Shown: positions 1 to 10,607, counted from the stretch's first letter. The stretch: DNA of 64,000 bases from Candidatus Moraniibacteriota bacterium (GCA_030645735.1 JAUSNP010000003.1:27608-91607), one strand, 5' to 3'. Numbers and translations: made by a program. The notes: generated by a model not told the origin, from the sequence alone.

Positions 1-242
1 TCTGAGAATGCCAAAGAGACCATGCTCCAAAATTCAGATTGCAGAATTTCTTGGCCAAACGCGAAAACAGCCATTGAAAAAACTGCCATTGATGTGCCTA
101 GACCTAGGCGAGAAATCAACAGCTTTTTCCGAATGACCCTATCTTTTTCCGCTTCAACAGCCTGAAAAATCCTACCACTCAATTTTGAGTCAGGACCCAC
201 TTCCGGCAGATTCGCAAATATTGTATGCAAATTTCGGTTCAT
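1..242 (-). CDS. Partial membrane protein, putative anti-sigma partner of the ECF sigma factor (runs off the window edge)
   Basis: Manual translation MNRNLHTIFANLPEVGPDSKLSGRIFQAVE...LGLGTSMAVFSMAVFAFG with a hydrophobic segment; same strand as and downstream of the ECF sigma gene. Confidence 0.55.
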   Translation of the reverse strand, partial: MNRNLHTIFANLPEVGPDSKLSGRIFQAVEAEKDRVIRKKLLISRLGLGTSMAVFSMAVFAFGQEILQSEFWSMVSLAFS

Positions 243-376
243 ATTAGATAATACGAGCGACCCAAGCATTCAGGCGCAATCTATTGACATTTACTTATTA
301 TGCCCCTATTCTATTGATAATTGTTCTTCGACTAAAAGAGTCAAAAAAACCATCAACTTAGCTGCGAGGTACGATC

Positions 377-685
377 ATGAAAAACATGCTGGAAGAAGCA
401 CGCATGGCATTGGCAAAACTACTCAGAAATCCTGCCAACAATGTTGACGAGATTAGGGTTATTTGCCTCACCAAAAGTCCCAAACGTTGCAAGGAGGGTC
501 ATTGCGCGGCAGCACTTTCGCTTGAGAATGATGTTTACACCTGCGTGACGGGCATCATTCCCAATGCCGATTTCTTGGGCAATACCAAATTTCGCCTTGA
601 AGATGTGCAGGATGTCAGTGGAGATGCAGTGCAAATCCAAACACGCAATCACGGCATCATGCGACTTGAGCCAAAGCCTGCTTGA
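377..685 (+). CDS. Hypothetical protein (orphan cassette)
   Basis: 102-aa ORF with SD gaggt, upstream TTGACA box and downstream hairpin at 714-740. Confidence 0.55.
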   Translation: MKNMLEEARMALAKLLRNPANNVDEIRVICLTKSPKRCKEGHCAAALSLENDVYTCVTGIIPNADFLGNTKFRLEDVQDVSGDAVQIQTRNHGIMRLEPKPA

Positions 686-744
686 GGCAAAGATGAGCAA
701 GTATTCAAAAAATGAGGTTCGGGCAAAACTGCCCCAACCTTATT

Positions 745-1317
745 TTATTTTCTGTAGGGGTGAAACCCCTGCAGAATTTTCTTCAAATTGGCCAACGCTC
801 GTGCGTGTTGACTTTTGACGGTGTTATAGGATAAATTCAAGATTTCAGCGATTTCTTGGAGGGAAAAGTCATCTTTGTAGCGCATAAGCAGAATAATGCG
901 ATAATTGTCGGGCAATTCTTGCAGTTTCTGATCGAGTTCTTTTTCTAAATCCTGTCTTTGTAGAATTTCATCTGGCAAAGGATTTTCTTCACTGATATTC
1001 TCCAAGGGACTATCCCCTTCGCTATTTTCAAAGAATGAAAAAGGAATGGTTTTTTTCTTTTTCAAAAAGTCATAGGCGGTGTTTTTGGCGATGGCGAAAA
1101 GCCAGGTGCGGAAGTTTTTTTCCGGATCAAATTTGCGAATGTTTTTCCAGACCTTGATGAAAGTTTCCTGCGTCAAGTCATCCAACGAATCACGGTCTTG
1201 AGTAAATTGGTACAAAAAATTATAGATCGATTGCAAATGTCGATTCACCAATTCCTCGAAAGCCTCATCTGATCCATCTAGAAATTCAGCAATCAATTGT
1301 TTATCTTCTTTTTCCAT
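745..1317 (-). CDS. ECF-family RNA polymerase sigma factor
   Basis: Region 2 DLTQETFIKVWK...FRTWLFAIAKN and region 4 SLQEIAEILNLSYNTVKS; start placed at MEKEDKQL. Confidence 0.93.
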   Translation of the reverse strand: MEKEDKQLIAEFLDGSDEAFEELVNRHLQSIYNFLYQFTQDRDSLDDLTQETFIKVWKNIRKFDPEKNFRTWLFAIAKNTAYDFLKKKKTIPFSFFENSEGDSPLENISEENPLPDEILQRQDLEKELDQKLQELPDNYRIILLMRYKDDFSLQEIAEILNLSYNTVKSQHARALANLKKILQGFHPYRK

Positions 1318-1344
1318 TTTTATTATTTTGTGCGTGTTCCTAAA

Positions 1345-1393
1345 GCTGAGCTTTTTGAGAACGCCACGCCAACTCAAAAAGCTAAGCTTTTTG
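1345..1393. repeat. Inverted pair of AAAGCTnAGCTTT palindromes (REP-like doublet)
   Basis: aaagctgagctttttgag ... ctcaaaaagctaagcttt, an 18-bp inverted repeat with one mismatch. Confidence 0.7.
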
Positions 1394-2695
1394 CGCAGCA
1401 TAAGTTCCCGCGGCATAGCCTGTACTCCAGCAGACTTGCAGGTTATAACCGCCCGTTGGACCATCCAAATCCAAAATTTCCCCAGCTAAGTATAGATTTT
1501 TAATAATCCGCGATTGCATCGTCTTGGAATCAACTTCGCGAATATCCACGCCGCCACTAGTGATGATGGCTTGGTTATAACCGGTGGTGCCATCAGTGGT
1601 CAGGCGCAAATCTTTCAACAAATCAACTAGCTTCTTGCGCTCGTCTTTGGTCACAAAATTTATTTTCTTTCTTGGGTCGATACCCGACAAAGTGATGATG
1701 GTTGCAATCATTTTTTGTGGCAACAATTCCGGCAAATAATTGATAAAATCTTTATTAATATTTTCCTTGAAATCTTTTTGCAAACGCGCGTCCAATTGAT
1801 CGTGCGTCAAAGCCGGCTTCAAATCAATAGAAACAATCACTTCACCTTTTTTTTCCAACTCGCCAACTTTCTTGCTTAAATCTAACACGATTGGCCCAGT
1901 CAAACCGAAATGCGTAAACATCATTTCACCAAAACGCGAATCTTGCTTTTTGTTGTTTTGAAAAAGATTGATGGCCACATTTTTCAAGCTCAAGCCTTGC
2001 ACGTCCTTGACCCACACTTCTTTGGTTTTCACTGGCACCAAAGCAGGCGCTGTTTCTACAATTTTGTGACCACAATCCTTGGCCCACTGATAACCATCTC
2101 CGGTTGAACCAGTCACCGGATAGGACTTGCCACCAGTACATAAAATGAATTTATCGGCAAAAATGCGTTGATCAGAAGACATGGCTTTTTTCTCAGGAGA
2201 CATATATCCTTTGGTTGCCAATTTCACACTGGCAATTTTGCGTCCTCCAGCCAACGGTGTCACGTCAAAACCATCTACTGACACATTATAAACTATCTTC
2301 ACCCCATTTATTTCTAAATATTTTTCCAACACGCGCAACACATCTTGCGCCTTGTCAGATTTGGGAAACACCCGCCCACCTCTTTCAATTTTGGTCATCA
2401 CGCGCCGATCTTCAAAAAATTTGATCACTTCTTCCGGACCAAAGGCTGCCAAAGAAGAAAACAAAAACTTGCCGTTCTTGCCAAACTTCTTGATAATCTC
2501 TTTGTCATCAAATTCAGCCTGAGTGATATTGCAACGGCCCTTGCCCGTGATCAAAAGCTTCTTGCCGAGACTGGCATTTTTCTCGAGTAGCACTACGCGC
2601 GCGCCCAATTCAGCTGCCCGTCCTGCTGCCATCATGCCCGTAGGCCCACCGCCAATCACGGCCACATCAAATTTGTCTATATTATTTTTTGCCAT
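1382..2695 (-). CDS. HI0933/YhiN (BaiN-like) family flavoprotein
   Basis: GGGPTGMMAA, ITGKGRCNITQ, GRVFP, TGSTGDGY, GPTGGYNLQ motifs. Confidence 0.93.
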   Translation of the reverse strand: MAKNNIDKFDVAVIGGGPTGMMAAGRAAELGARVVLLEKNASLGKKLLITGKGRCNITQAEFDDKEIIKKFGKNGKFLFSSLAAFGPEEVIKFFEDRRVMTKIERGGRVFPKSDKAQDVLRVLEKYLEINGVKIVYNVSVDGFDVTPLAGGRKIASVKLATKGYMSPEKKAMSSDQRIFADKFILCTGGKSYPVTGSTGDGYQWAKDCGHKIVETAPALVPVKTKEVWVKDVQGLSLKNVAINLFQNNKKQDSRFGEMMFTHFGLTGPIVLDLSKKVGELEKKGEVIVSIDLKPALTHDQLDARLQKDFKENINKDFINYLPELLPQKMIATIITLSGIDPRKKINFVTKDERKKLVDLLKDLRLTTDGTTGYNQAIITSGGVDIREVDSKTMQSRIIKNLYLAGEILDLDGPTGGYNLQVCWSTGYAAGTYAAQKA

Positions 2696-2784
2696 ATTTT
2701 TTCTATGCTTTAATCCTAGCAGGTTAGCTCAAAAAATTCCAATCAAAAAAGCTCCACACGAGGCGGAGCTTTTCTGCTTGAAAA

Positions 2785-2985
2785 CTAGATTCTTGAAACG
2801 TTGATAGCGTTTGGTCCTTTTGGAGACTCGCTAACTTCGAATTCAACTGCATCGCCTTCCTTCAAGTCATTGAATTGCGCACCTTGCAATTCTTTTGCAT
2901 GAAAGAAAAGATCCTTATCACTACCCTCTTGAGTAATGAAACCAAATCCACGGTCAGTCAATCTTTTGATTGTTCCTTGTGCCAT
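2785..2985 (-). CDS. cspA: Cold-shock protein
   Basis: RNP1 RGFGFI and RNP2 LFFH, ends KGPNAINV; start MAQGTIK. Confidence 0.93.
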   Translation of the reverse strand: MAQGTIKRLTDRGFGFITQEGSDKDLFFHAKELQGAQFNDLKEGDAVEFEVSESPKGPNAINVSRI

Positions 2986-3088
2986 TTTGATATAGTACAA
3001 ATTGATTAAATACACATACCGCAATGCAAAGGAAGTTCGACTACGCTACTTGCTGCACGCTACTGTGATTAAGACTAGTATAGCATGC

Positions 3089-4540
3089 CTAGCGCTCCAA
3101 GTCAAGCGTTTCATCAATGTGGATCTGCTCCACAAATTCCGGTACATGGGAGACTAAAATCATGGCACCTTCAAATTTATCCAAAGCTTTGGCAATGACT
3201 GGCAAATGACGGAAGTTGATATGATTAGTTGGTTCGTCTAAAATCAACAATCCAGGCTCCAACAGCACTAATTGCGCAAAGGCCACCAAGCCTTTCTGCC
3301 CTTCTGACAGTGTGCCGATTTTGGCATTGATGATTTCTTTGGTTAGCAAAAAGCCTGAGGCTACAGCCCTCATTTGCTCCTCATTTTCTGAAGGCATGAC
3401 GGAAAAAAGCGATTCGCGCACAGTGTGATCAAAATTCAAAGTCGAAAAATCTTGTCGATAATATCCTACTTTCACGCCCTCAGCAATTTTGGCACCTTTG
3501 GCTTTGCCTAGAGCCAAAGCTTCAATCAAGGTGCTCTTGCCAATGCCGTTGGGGCCAGAGATCAAAAGATGTTGTCTTTTTTTCAAGGAAATGCGCGCTT
3601 CTTTTTCCACAATCTCATGATTTTGCATAATCGAAAAAGATGAGATCTTCAAAATTTCTCCGCCCAAGCCCTCCTGAACTGGAATGGTGAAATCACGAAT
3701 AGCCTTGTCTTCTCGACGCACAGCCACCTTGGCTTCTTCCATGGCCGCCGCCTTGTCGCGCATCTTCTTGGCTACCAATCTCATGCCACCACCTTTGTTG
3801 GCAAAGAAGTTGGCCTTATCCTTGTTGGCTTGAATTTCTTTTTCATACTGCGCGTTTTTTCTTTCATCCTTTTCAATCTTGTCCGCAATTTCTGCCACCA
3901 CTACATAGTAGTCACCAATATATTGATCAATTTTCTTGGTAAAAATATCTAAGTAAATTACGCCATCGGTAAACATATTCAAAAAGTCAGCATCATGTGA
4001 AATCACGATGCAGGTCTTGTGATAGCTCATCAAAAATTGCGTCAGATGTTCAATTCCTGCTTTGTCTAAGTTGTTAGTTGGCTCATCAAGAATCAACAAA
4101 TCCGGATCTTGAATCAAGGCGGAAGCCAAAAGCAGACGCGCTTGTTGCCCACCGGAAAAATCTTTGATCAGCCGATCATGAGGCGCTTTCAAATTCACCA
4201 CTTCCAACACATCATCAATCAAGCGATCAATGTCATATCTTTTTTCAGAAAAACAATTTTCAAAAAATTCTCGCATAGTGAGGGTCATTTGCTCACGCGG
4301 AATCACCTGTTTGGCATAAGCAATGGTCATGTCTGGATCAACAAAAATTGAACCGTCATTCTGCTTAAGTTCGCCCGTAATCATATTGAGAATCGTACTC
4401 TTGCCAGCGCCATTCTGTCCCATCAAGGTCATTTTGGTGCCATGACGCAACGCAAAAGACGCCTCGTCCAAGATTTGCTTGTCACGGCTATATTCGAAAG
4501 ACACCTTATTAAACCGAATAGCTACATTGTCCTTGCCCAT
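3089..4540 (-). CDS. ABC-F family ATPase
   Basis: Two ABC domains (GQNGAGKST, FSGGQ, LDEPTN; GPNGIGKST, LSEGQ, LDEPTN) and no TM segments. Confidence 0.9.
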   Translation of the reverse strand: MGKDNVAIRFNKVSFEYSRDKQILDEASFALRHGTKMTLMGQNGAGKSTILNMITGELKQNDGSIFVDPDMTIAYAKQVIPREQMTLTMREFFENCFSEKRYDIDRLIDDVLEVVNLKAPHDRLIKDFSGGQQARLLLASALIQDPDLLILDEPTNNLDKAGIEHLTQFLMSYHKTCIVISHDADFLNMFTDGVIYLDIFTKKIDQYIGDYYVVVAEIADKIEKDERKNAQYEKEIQANKDKANFFANKGGGMRLVAKKMRDKAAAMEEAKVAVRREDKAIRDFTIPVQEGLGGEILKISSFSIMQNHEIVEKEARISLKKRQHLLISGPNGIGKSTLIEALALGKAKGAKIAEGVKVGYYRQDFSTLNFDHTVRESLFSVMPSENEEQMRAVASGFLLTKEIINAKIGTLSEGQKGLVAFAQLVLLEPGLLILDEPTNHINFRHLPVIAKALDKFEGAMILVSHVPEFVEQIHIDETLDLER

Positions 4541-4612
4541 AACTAAATTTGCTCAATTATTACTGAGCTTCTATCATATACTATATTCTTGAATTTGGGA
4601 AGAGCAAGATTA

Positions 4613-5422
4613 TTATTTCTGAACCACCACCATCGCCTTTTTTAATTTTCCAGTAGGCACCGCCACAGATGCGGATCCGCTAGGATATGCCCAAATGGCA
4701 TTGAAGAAAACATTCTCATCATAGCGATAGCCATCACCTTTGCGTGTACCTGGGTCATTAGTAATGAATTCGCGAGTGGCTGGATCATAACCGATGACCA
4801 CCAGCATATGTTCAATGGGCCCAGGCGCCGTGTAGTTTGGATTGCCCAAAGCTTGGCCGAAGGCTGGCACCATCACCAGCTGGCCATTTCGCAGTGCTTG
4901 TTTGATGTCATCTACAACGATGCTTTCTTTGACTTCAACTGACTGATATTGGAAATATCTTTGAAAAATTTTTGCCACATCAAACACATCCGTATCGGCA
5001 TTATATCCAAAATTAGCATCTTCAAAATCCACGATATCCAATATCTGCTTCCTAGCTGAAAATTGAGAAACATCGTCAATCCCGCGAATCCAATTCATCG
5101 CCATGGCAATGGAAGCTTCTTCACATCCATTTTGAAAAACCGGATTGCTCCAATTGCCAAATGGCGCCTGCACGATAAACGGCACATCCAATTGAATTGT
5201 GTTTTTTATCTCAACTGCTGAAGCCGTCGTTGCAGATTGACTAGATTGAATTGTTTGAATTGGTTGAGCTGGTTGATTATTTGAAGTATCTGGCAACATA
5301 ACCTTGTCAGATGAAATATTGGCTATTGGCGCCATTGGCTTATCTAAAAACATCACTAATAAATAGCCCGCTCCCAATAAGAGCAACGCGACACTCAAAC
5401 TAATTAGCAATTTCTTTTTCAT
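4613..5422 (-). CDS. Membrane-anchored C39-like cysteine peptidase
   Basis: N-terminal TM; VPFIVQAP, GCEEAS, HMLVVIGYD, NDPG motifs. Confidence 0.8.
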   Translation of the reverse strand: MKKKLLISLSVALLLLGAGYLLVMFLDKPMAPIANISSDKVMLPDTSNNQPAQPIQTIQSSQSATTASAVEIKNTIQLDVPFIVQAPFGNWSNPVFQNGCEEASIAMAMNWIRGIDDVSQFSARKQILDIVDFEDANFGYNADTDVFDVAKIFQRYFQYQSVEVKESIVVDDIKQALRNGQLVMVPAFGQALGNPNYTAPGPIEHMLVVIGYDPATREFITNDPGTRKGDGYRYDENVFFNAIWAYPSGSASVAVPTGKLKKAMVVVQK

Positions 5423-5513
5423 ATATTCTAAAATAATTGACGCCTGCATTATAGCAAAAAACACTGGCCTATGCCAATGCTTTTGTTTTATTTCTATTTG
5501 ATAACATTAGATT

Positions 5514-6218
5514 CTAATTTAACACTTTTTTGGCATACATATCCACGTCTTGCACCCATTTGTCAGCGGCCGCTTGTCCGCCAGTCACCGAACAGTCAGA
5601 GCCACACTTCCAAACAACCATATCCTTGGCTGATTGCGCATCATTTCTTTCAATGATTTGGTCTATTCTAGTAGCCACGGCATTCACTGCTTCTTTGGGC
5701 GTGTCAAAACAAGTGTGTCCGCCACTGCCCATACGATCTCGTTTCGCTCGGAAGCCCCAATAGTTATAACAATCTTCACCATTTAACACCGGCTTTCTTT
5801 CTCCCCAAGCGCTTTCCTTTTTGGCGATACCGATGATATAAGCCGCTGTCTTTCTGTCCTTTGAAGAAATAAAAGGAATCATTTCTTCAATTGGATGACC
5901 TTTCACCAAAGCCTGCAAATCTTTTCTCAGAATTTCTTTTTTAATTTCTTGCGGATTTTTTTGCTCAACAATCTTCGCTTGGCACAAAATATTATTAGAA
6001 TAATATTGTTTTACCAAAACTACATAGCCAGCAAATATAATTAGACCCACCAAAACTACAATTCGCACTTGGACTTGATTGAGTTTGCCAGGCACAAGGC
6101 TTTGTCTGAAATCCTCAACTACCTGCTTGGCATTTCCAGAAAAATCGCTAAAATAAGCGCTTATTTGAAGTTTCGCCTTTTTGGACAGATTATTCAATTT
6201 TGTTTGTATTTTGTTCAT
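5514..6218 (-). CDS. Membrane-anchored protein with lysozyme/glucosaminidase-like motif
   Basis: One TM; IGIAKKESAWG...NYWG resembles the GH73/SLT catalytic ES motif. Confidence 0.5.
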   Translation of the reverse strand: MNKIQTKLNNLSKKAKLQISAYFSDFSGNAKQVVEDFRQSLVPGKLNQVQVRIVVLVGLIIFAGYVVLVKQYYSNNILCQAKIVEQKNPQEIKKEILRKDLQALVKGHPIEEMIPFISSKDRKTAAYIIGIAKKESAWGERKPVLNGEDCYNYWGFRAKRDRMGSGGHTCFDTPKEAVNAVATRIDQIIERNDAQSAKDMVVWKCGSDCSVTGGQAAADKWVQDVDMYAKKVLN

Positions 6219-6360
6219 TTTTTCCTTTAATTTTGTGGAAAAGTGGCTAGAAAAAAGCAAAAAACGGGTTCACCCGCTTTTTCAAATCTCTAGACCTAAT
6301 ATCCCACTACTATTCTATTATACACCACTTTTCGACAAAAAGCAAGCATTTTTGAATCTG

Positions 6361-7161
6361 CTACTTGAAATAATAAACTAGTAACACAATCATTCCGAGC
6401 ATCAAGCGATACCAGAAAAAAATTCCGTAGCCGAATTTTTCCAAAAATTTTAATAAATATTTGATAGCTAGATAACCAAAAAATGCTGAGGATAAAATTG
6501 CAATTATGATTGTAGAATTAATTCCTCCCTTGATCAGATCGGGCAATTTCAAAATAGCTGCACCAGCGATGATTGGTGTGGATAATAGAAAAGAAAATCT
6601 AGCCGCATTGATTTTGTTTAGTCCACAGAAAAGTCCAGCCGTGATAGTTGTGCCAGAACGAGAAAAGCCAGGAATAATCGCCAAAGCTTGTGAAAGACCA
6701 ATAATAATCGCATCTTTCCAAGTGATGCCAGTCACATCCTTTTGACCTTTAGATTTTTTGTCAGCCCAATATAAGACTGCGCCAGCTACGATCAGGGTGA
6801 CAGCGATTAGTGGCAATGAGCGAAAGATTGTTTCGGCTTTTTTCTCAAACAACAATCCAAAAATCACCGCTGGAACAGTGGCTACAATCAAAAAATATAA
6901 TGTCTCTTTTTTGAAACTACTGCCTCCCTCTTTTTTGAAACCCGCCCAGGCGGAAGATAAGATTTCCAACCAATCTTTCCAAAAGAAAGCCACCACTGCA
7001 ATCAAAGTTCCCAGATGCAAAGCCACATCGAAGGACAAGCCTGGGTCTTCCCAGCCCGTGAAAGCTGGCAACAAAATCAGATGCGCGGTGGAAGAAATCG
7101 GCAAAAACTCGCCGATGCCCTGCACTAGGCCAAAAACTACGGGCTGTATAAAATGTAACAT
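6361..7161 (-). CDS. uppP: Undecaprenyl-diphosphate phosphatase
   Basis: GLVQGIGEFLPISSTAHL, PGFSRSGTT, AARFSFLL. Confidence 0.96.
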   Translation of the reverse strand: MLHFIQPVVFGLVQGIGEFLPISSTAHLILLPAFTGWEDPGLSFDVALHLGTLIAVVAFFWKDWLEILSSAWAGFKKEGGSSFKKETLYFLIVATVPAVIFGLLFEKKAETIFRSLPLIAVTLIVAGAVLYWADKKSKGQKDVTGITWKDAIIIGLSQALAIIPGFSRSGTTITAGLFCGLNKINAARFSFLLSTPIIAGAAILKLPDLIKGGINSTIIIAILSSAFFGYLAIKYLLKFLEKFGYGIFFWYRLMLGMIVLLVYYFK

Positions 7162-7291
7162 AAAATTGAAAAACATACTTATATGCTTATATTATCACAA
7201 TATCCCTATGCTGTCGTTAGCCTATAGATACCCTCGTGGTGTATAATAAACACAGAAATAAATAATCTACAAAAAGAAAGGTGGTGAAATT

Positions 7292-7618
7292 ATGATCAAA
7301 CACAGAAATATTTTCCTAGTTTATATTTTTTCATTTATAACTTTTGGGATCTATGCTCTTTATTGGATGGTTTCTACAAAAAATGAAATCAACCGACTGG
7401 GCGCCAACATTCCAACGGCTTGGCTTTTGATAATCCCAATTGCCAATCTATATTGGGCTTACAAATATTGCGAAGGTTTTGCAAAATTTGTAAAAAAGGA
7501 TGACAACACGATTCTTTGGTTCATCCTATACATCTTGATTGGAATCATCATGCCAGCTATTGTTCAATCCGAACTCAACACTTTGGCTGACGCCGGGGCA
7601 GTTAACACCACCGCATAG
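7292..7618 (+). CDS. Small membrane protein (DUF4234-like)
   Basis: FITFGIYALYW, IPIANLYW, three hydrophobic helices; SD aaggtgg. Confidence 0.7.
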   Translation: MIKHRNIFLVYIFSFITFGIYALYWMVSTKNEINRLGANIPTAWLLIIPIANLYWAYKYCEGFAKFVKKDDNTILWFILYILIGIIMPAIVQSELNTLADAGAVNTTA

Positions 7619-7732
7619 AAAAAATTGAATAAAAAAACACGATCCCACAAAGGTCGTGTTTTGTTTTTAGAAATAAAAAAGCTGAACCCAAAAAGAGCTC
7701 AGCCTATGTGCCACGCGAGTTTCCGCGTAGGG

Positions 7733-8170
7733 TCAATTTGGATGTAAAATGATTCCCCATCCAAAAGCAGTGACTACGAAGCTCACTGCGAACCAAATCT
7801 CCATAAAAGGCAACAGGGGAAATGCAGGTGTTCCATTGGGATTATGCAAAACCAATGTTTTAATTTCTATCAGAGCATCTCTCCGCTCCAACTGAGATAC
7901 TGACACCGGATTTTTTTCAATTTTTTCTATTATACTTCTGGAGTACCTCCTTACTTCATTAATCTGTTCATACAGGACACCCTTCTGGTCGCTTTCCTCC
8001 AGACAAACAAGTGCCAAACCAAGCACCTCGTTGACTTCTTCGATGGTCGTGGCATTCTCCACGCGATTCAAATGCCCACTAAACTCTTCGAATGAAATCC
8101 CATAAGGGATCACTGCTGAGCTCATGATTAACGATATTGTTGCGATTATTGCTACAATGTACTTTTTCAT
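7733..8170 (-). CDS. Hypothetical membrane protein (orphan cassette)
   Basis: SD aggagg, N- and C-terminal hydrophobic helices, own promoter and terminator hairpins. Confidence 0.65.
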   Translation of the reverse strand: MKKYIVAIIATISLIMSSAVIPYGISFEEFSGHLNRVENATTIEEVNEVLGLALVCLEESDQKGVLYEQINEVRRYSRSIIEKIEKNPVSVSQLERRDALIEIKTLVLHNPNGTPAFPLLPFMEIWFAVSFVVTAFGWGIILHPN

Positions 8171-8437
8171 CTTAATCCTCCTTTTGCAAATTGTAAAAGA
8201 AAAGTGACAGGATGTTAAAATTTGAATTCTTTAACTTTATATGATAGCATATACACGCAATTTAGTCAAGTGATTTTCTCCATTCCAACAAAAAAGGCCT
8301 GAATAAGCCTTTGATTTGACGATACTCTCCCTGCTTGATATGTTTTATAATATAAGTCTTACCCGGATTGAGTTAGATATGCAATTACTGTCAATTTCTA
8401 CACAAAGTTGCTGACTTACAAAACGGCGACTGTTTCG

Positions 8438-9355
8438 TTAGACAGTTTTTTCAAAGCCATATTGAGTTTGTTTTTGCTTGGCGGTTGTCAAAAGAAACAG
8501 CCCAAAAAGACTTGGGATTATAGCGAAAATTTGGACAGTGCTTGGCGCATTCTTCAAAATCATCCAAGCAAAAATAAAAGTGAAAACTGGCGCCAATGAA
8601 TTAAAAGAAATAGTGTGTGTAACAGAAGTTTTTTTAAAACTGAAAAAATTTACCATCTTCATTAGACCTAGAAAGACTAAGCCGCTATACAAAAGATAAG
8701 GTAAGCTTTTTAGGATGACTTCGAATGGAATTGTTTTTTCAAAAATTAGAGAAGCAATGGAAAAAATAATTACTCCAGCTAAACTCCTAATAAACAACAG
8801 GTAGTGGATAGAGACTTGGTGCAGAGCTCTTTTGGCAAAAATATTTCCAATCGGAGCAATTATTACTGCGCAAAACATAAGTAAATCTCCAATATTTATA
8901 GATGTTTGGTGATTGTTAAAAAGAACTACTCCGGCCGCGAAAAGCATAAGCATTGCACCAAAAAGATGCTTACGAGAAACTGGTTCTTTCTTGGCAATCC
9001 AACCGATTATTAGGAAACTAAAAGCTGCTTCAGTCATACTTATAAGCGCTACATTTTGTGGAGAAGTGAGGCTAAGAGCTATATAGTACAAAAGATAATA
9101 TCCAATGGCAATAAACAATGTTGCCATCACTATATCTTTAATGGCTTGGATATTGGTAATATTTTTCTTCCATTCTTTTTTTACTGTTAAAATAATTGCA
9201 AAAAAAATAGTTGCGACAATATAACTCCAAGTGAGAGTACTTAGGGGTAAGAGATGGTTTGTATAGGCAATGACAGTAAGAACAGGAAATAATCCGGAAA
9301 AAATATTTTTTATAAGTAAGATGCCTTCAGCCTGTCTTTTCTCTGAAATAATCAT
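8438..9355 (-). CDS. DMT/EamA family transporter
   Basis: About 10 TM helices in two repeats, 305 aa, GDLL motif. Confidence 0.8.
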   Translation of the reverse strand: MIISEKRQAEGILLIKNIFSGLFPVLTVIAYTNHLLPLSTLTWSYIVATIFFAIILTVKKEWKKNITNIQAIKDIVMATLFIAIGYYLLYYIALSLTSPQNVALISMTEAAFSFLIIGWIAKKEPVSRKHLFGAMLMLFAAGVVLFNNHQTSINIGDLLMFCAVIIAPIGNIFAKRALHQVSIHYLLFIRSLAGVIIFSIASLIFEKTIPFEVILKSLPYLLYSGLVFLGLMKMVNFFSFKKTSVTHTISFNSLAPVFTFIFAWMILKNAPSTVQIFAIIPSLFGLFLLTTAKQKQTQYGFEKTV

Positions 9356-9478
9356 AAGAAGAATAATTTAATAATCTTACAATATTCTATCACGAAAAGT
9401 TCTGGCAGCATATTAGAGCATACATAAAATAGGCTCTTTTAAGCCTTTTTATTATGTTGCTCCACGAGTTGAAAATAC

Positions 9479-9543
9479 TCAGCAAGGACCGTCCTCGATT
9501 AGACACTCATTTCCCCAAAATAAAAAAGTGCAAGGCTCCGCGA
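9479..9543. repeat. Imperfect direct repeat of the tRNA-Asn 3' end plus downstream flank (att-like)
   Basis: cccaaaataaaaaagtgcaaggctccgcga at 9514-9543 equals 10586-10615; agcaaggac is also shared. Confidence 0.8.
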
Positions 9544-9742
9544 GTTAGAAATAATGCGAACCTATCGGTAAATAATTATCAACAACTTTTATACCAAATT
9601 AGACAATACTCAATCTTACAGTTGAAATCTCGCGTCCTTGCCATTTATGCATAAACCTATTACCATTTATACAAGCAAAGAAAAGAGTTGAGTATAACAT
9701 CTAATTCTTTAGTCATTGCACAAACAACCAAGGGAGGCACCA

Positions 9743-10465
9743 ATGGACTCAAAAGGAACTATTTGGGCAGCACTGGACACGGAGAAGAGGAAGGCATTGG
9801 AAATCGCCAAAGCCATCGCTTCAAACCCAGCAATTTTCGGATTCAAGCTCAATCGTCTGATTGACCAGGAGGTTTTTCGCAAAGACGGAGAAGTGGCTTT
9901 GTTTGAGGAATTGGCAAAGCTTGGTCTTCCGCTTTGGGTTGACCTAAAGCTTCATGACGTTCCCAGAACCGTTGTCGAAAGGCTTATGCCGTACATTCAG
10001 TCGGGGTACGTCCAGTTCGTTACAGTTATGGCCAAGGGTGAAGTCGATATGATGTCCGATGCCGTCAACGCAATGGGAGCCAATGGAAACATTATCGCCG
10101 TCACCGAGCTAACATCGTTGTCCGAGGAGCAGATTCACCTGGGAAGCGGACACCCGTCGAAAGCTTCAGTAATCAACCTCGCTCGCCTTTCCGTACTGGC
10201 CGGAGTCCGCCACATGGTCTGCTCATCCCAAGAGCTTGGGGCACTTAAGGAGCGGAAGGAACTGAGAGTTCTTCAAAAATTTGTACCCGGCATAACACCC
10301 GACTGGAAAGGTAAAAATCAACCGGATCAGAAACGTGTCGGCAGTCCCGCATTCGCATTAAGCGGAGGTGCAAGCAAGGTTGTCATCGGCGGAGCCATTG
10401 TCAATGATGATGATCCCCTGGGTGCAGTCGAAAGAACAGCCGAGGAAATCGAGGCGATCAGCTGA
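9743..10465 (+). CDS. pyrF: Orotidine 5'-phosphate decarboxylase
   Basis: DLKLHDVPRTV (DxKxxD), VTELTS, VPGI, DQKRV; SD gggagg. Confidence 0.9.
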   Translation: MDSKGTIWAALDTEKRKALEIAKAIASNPAIFGFKLNRLIDQEVFRKDGEVALFEELAKLGLPLWVDLKLHDVPRTVVERLMPYIQSGYVQFVTVMAKGEVDMMSDAVNAMGANGNIIAVTELTSLSEEQIHLGSGHPSKASVINLARLSVLAGVRHMVCSSQELGALKERKELRVLQKFVPGITPDWKGKNQPDQKRVGSPAFALSGGASKVVIGGAIVNDDDPLGAVERTAEEIEAIS

Positions 10466-10607
10466 ACCACACCATTTTCAATCACAACAGAAAGCCGAAA
10501 GTTCGCAGTGCGAACCGTAGGCTTTTTTATTTTCTAAAAATATAAATTGCCTAGCAAGGACAATTCTCAACTTAGTGCTATTTTTCCCAAAATAAAAAAG
10601 TGCAAGG

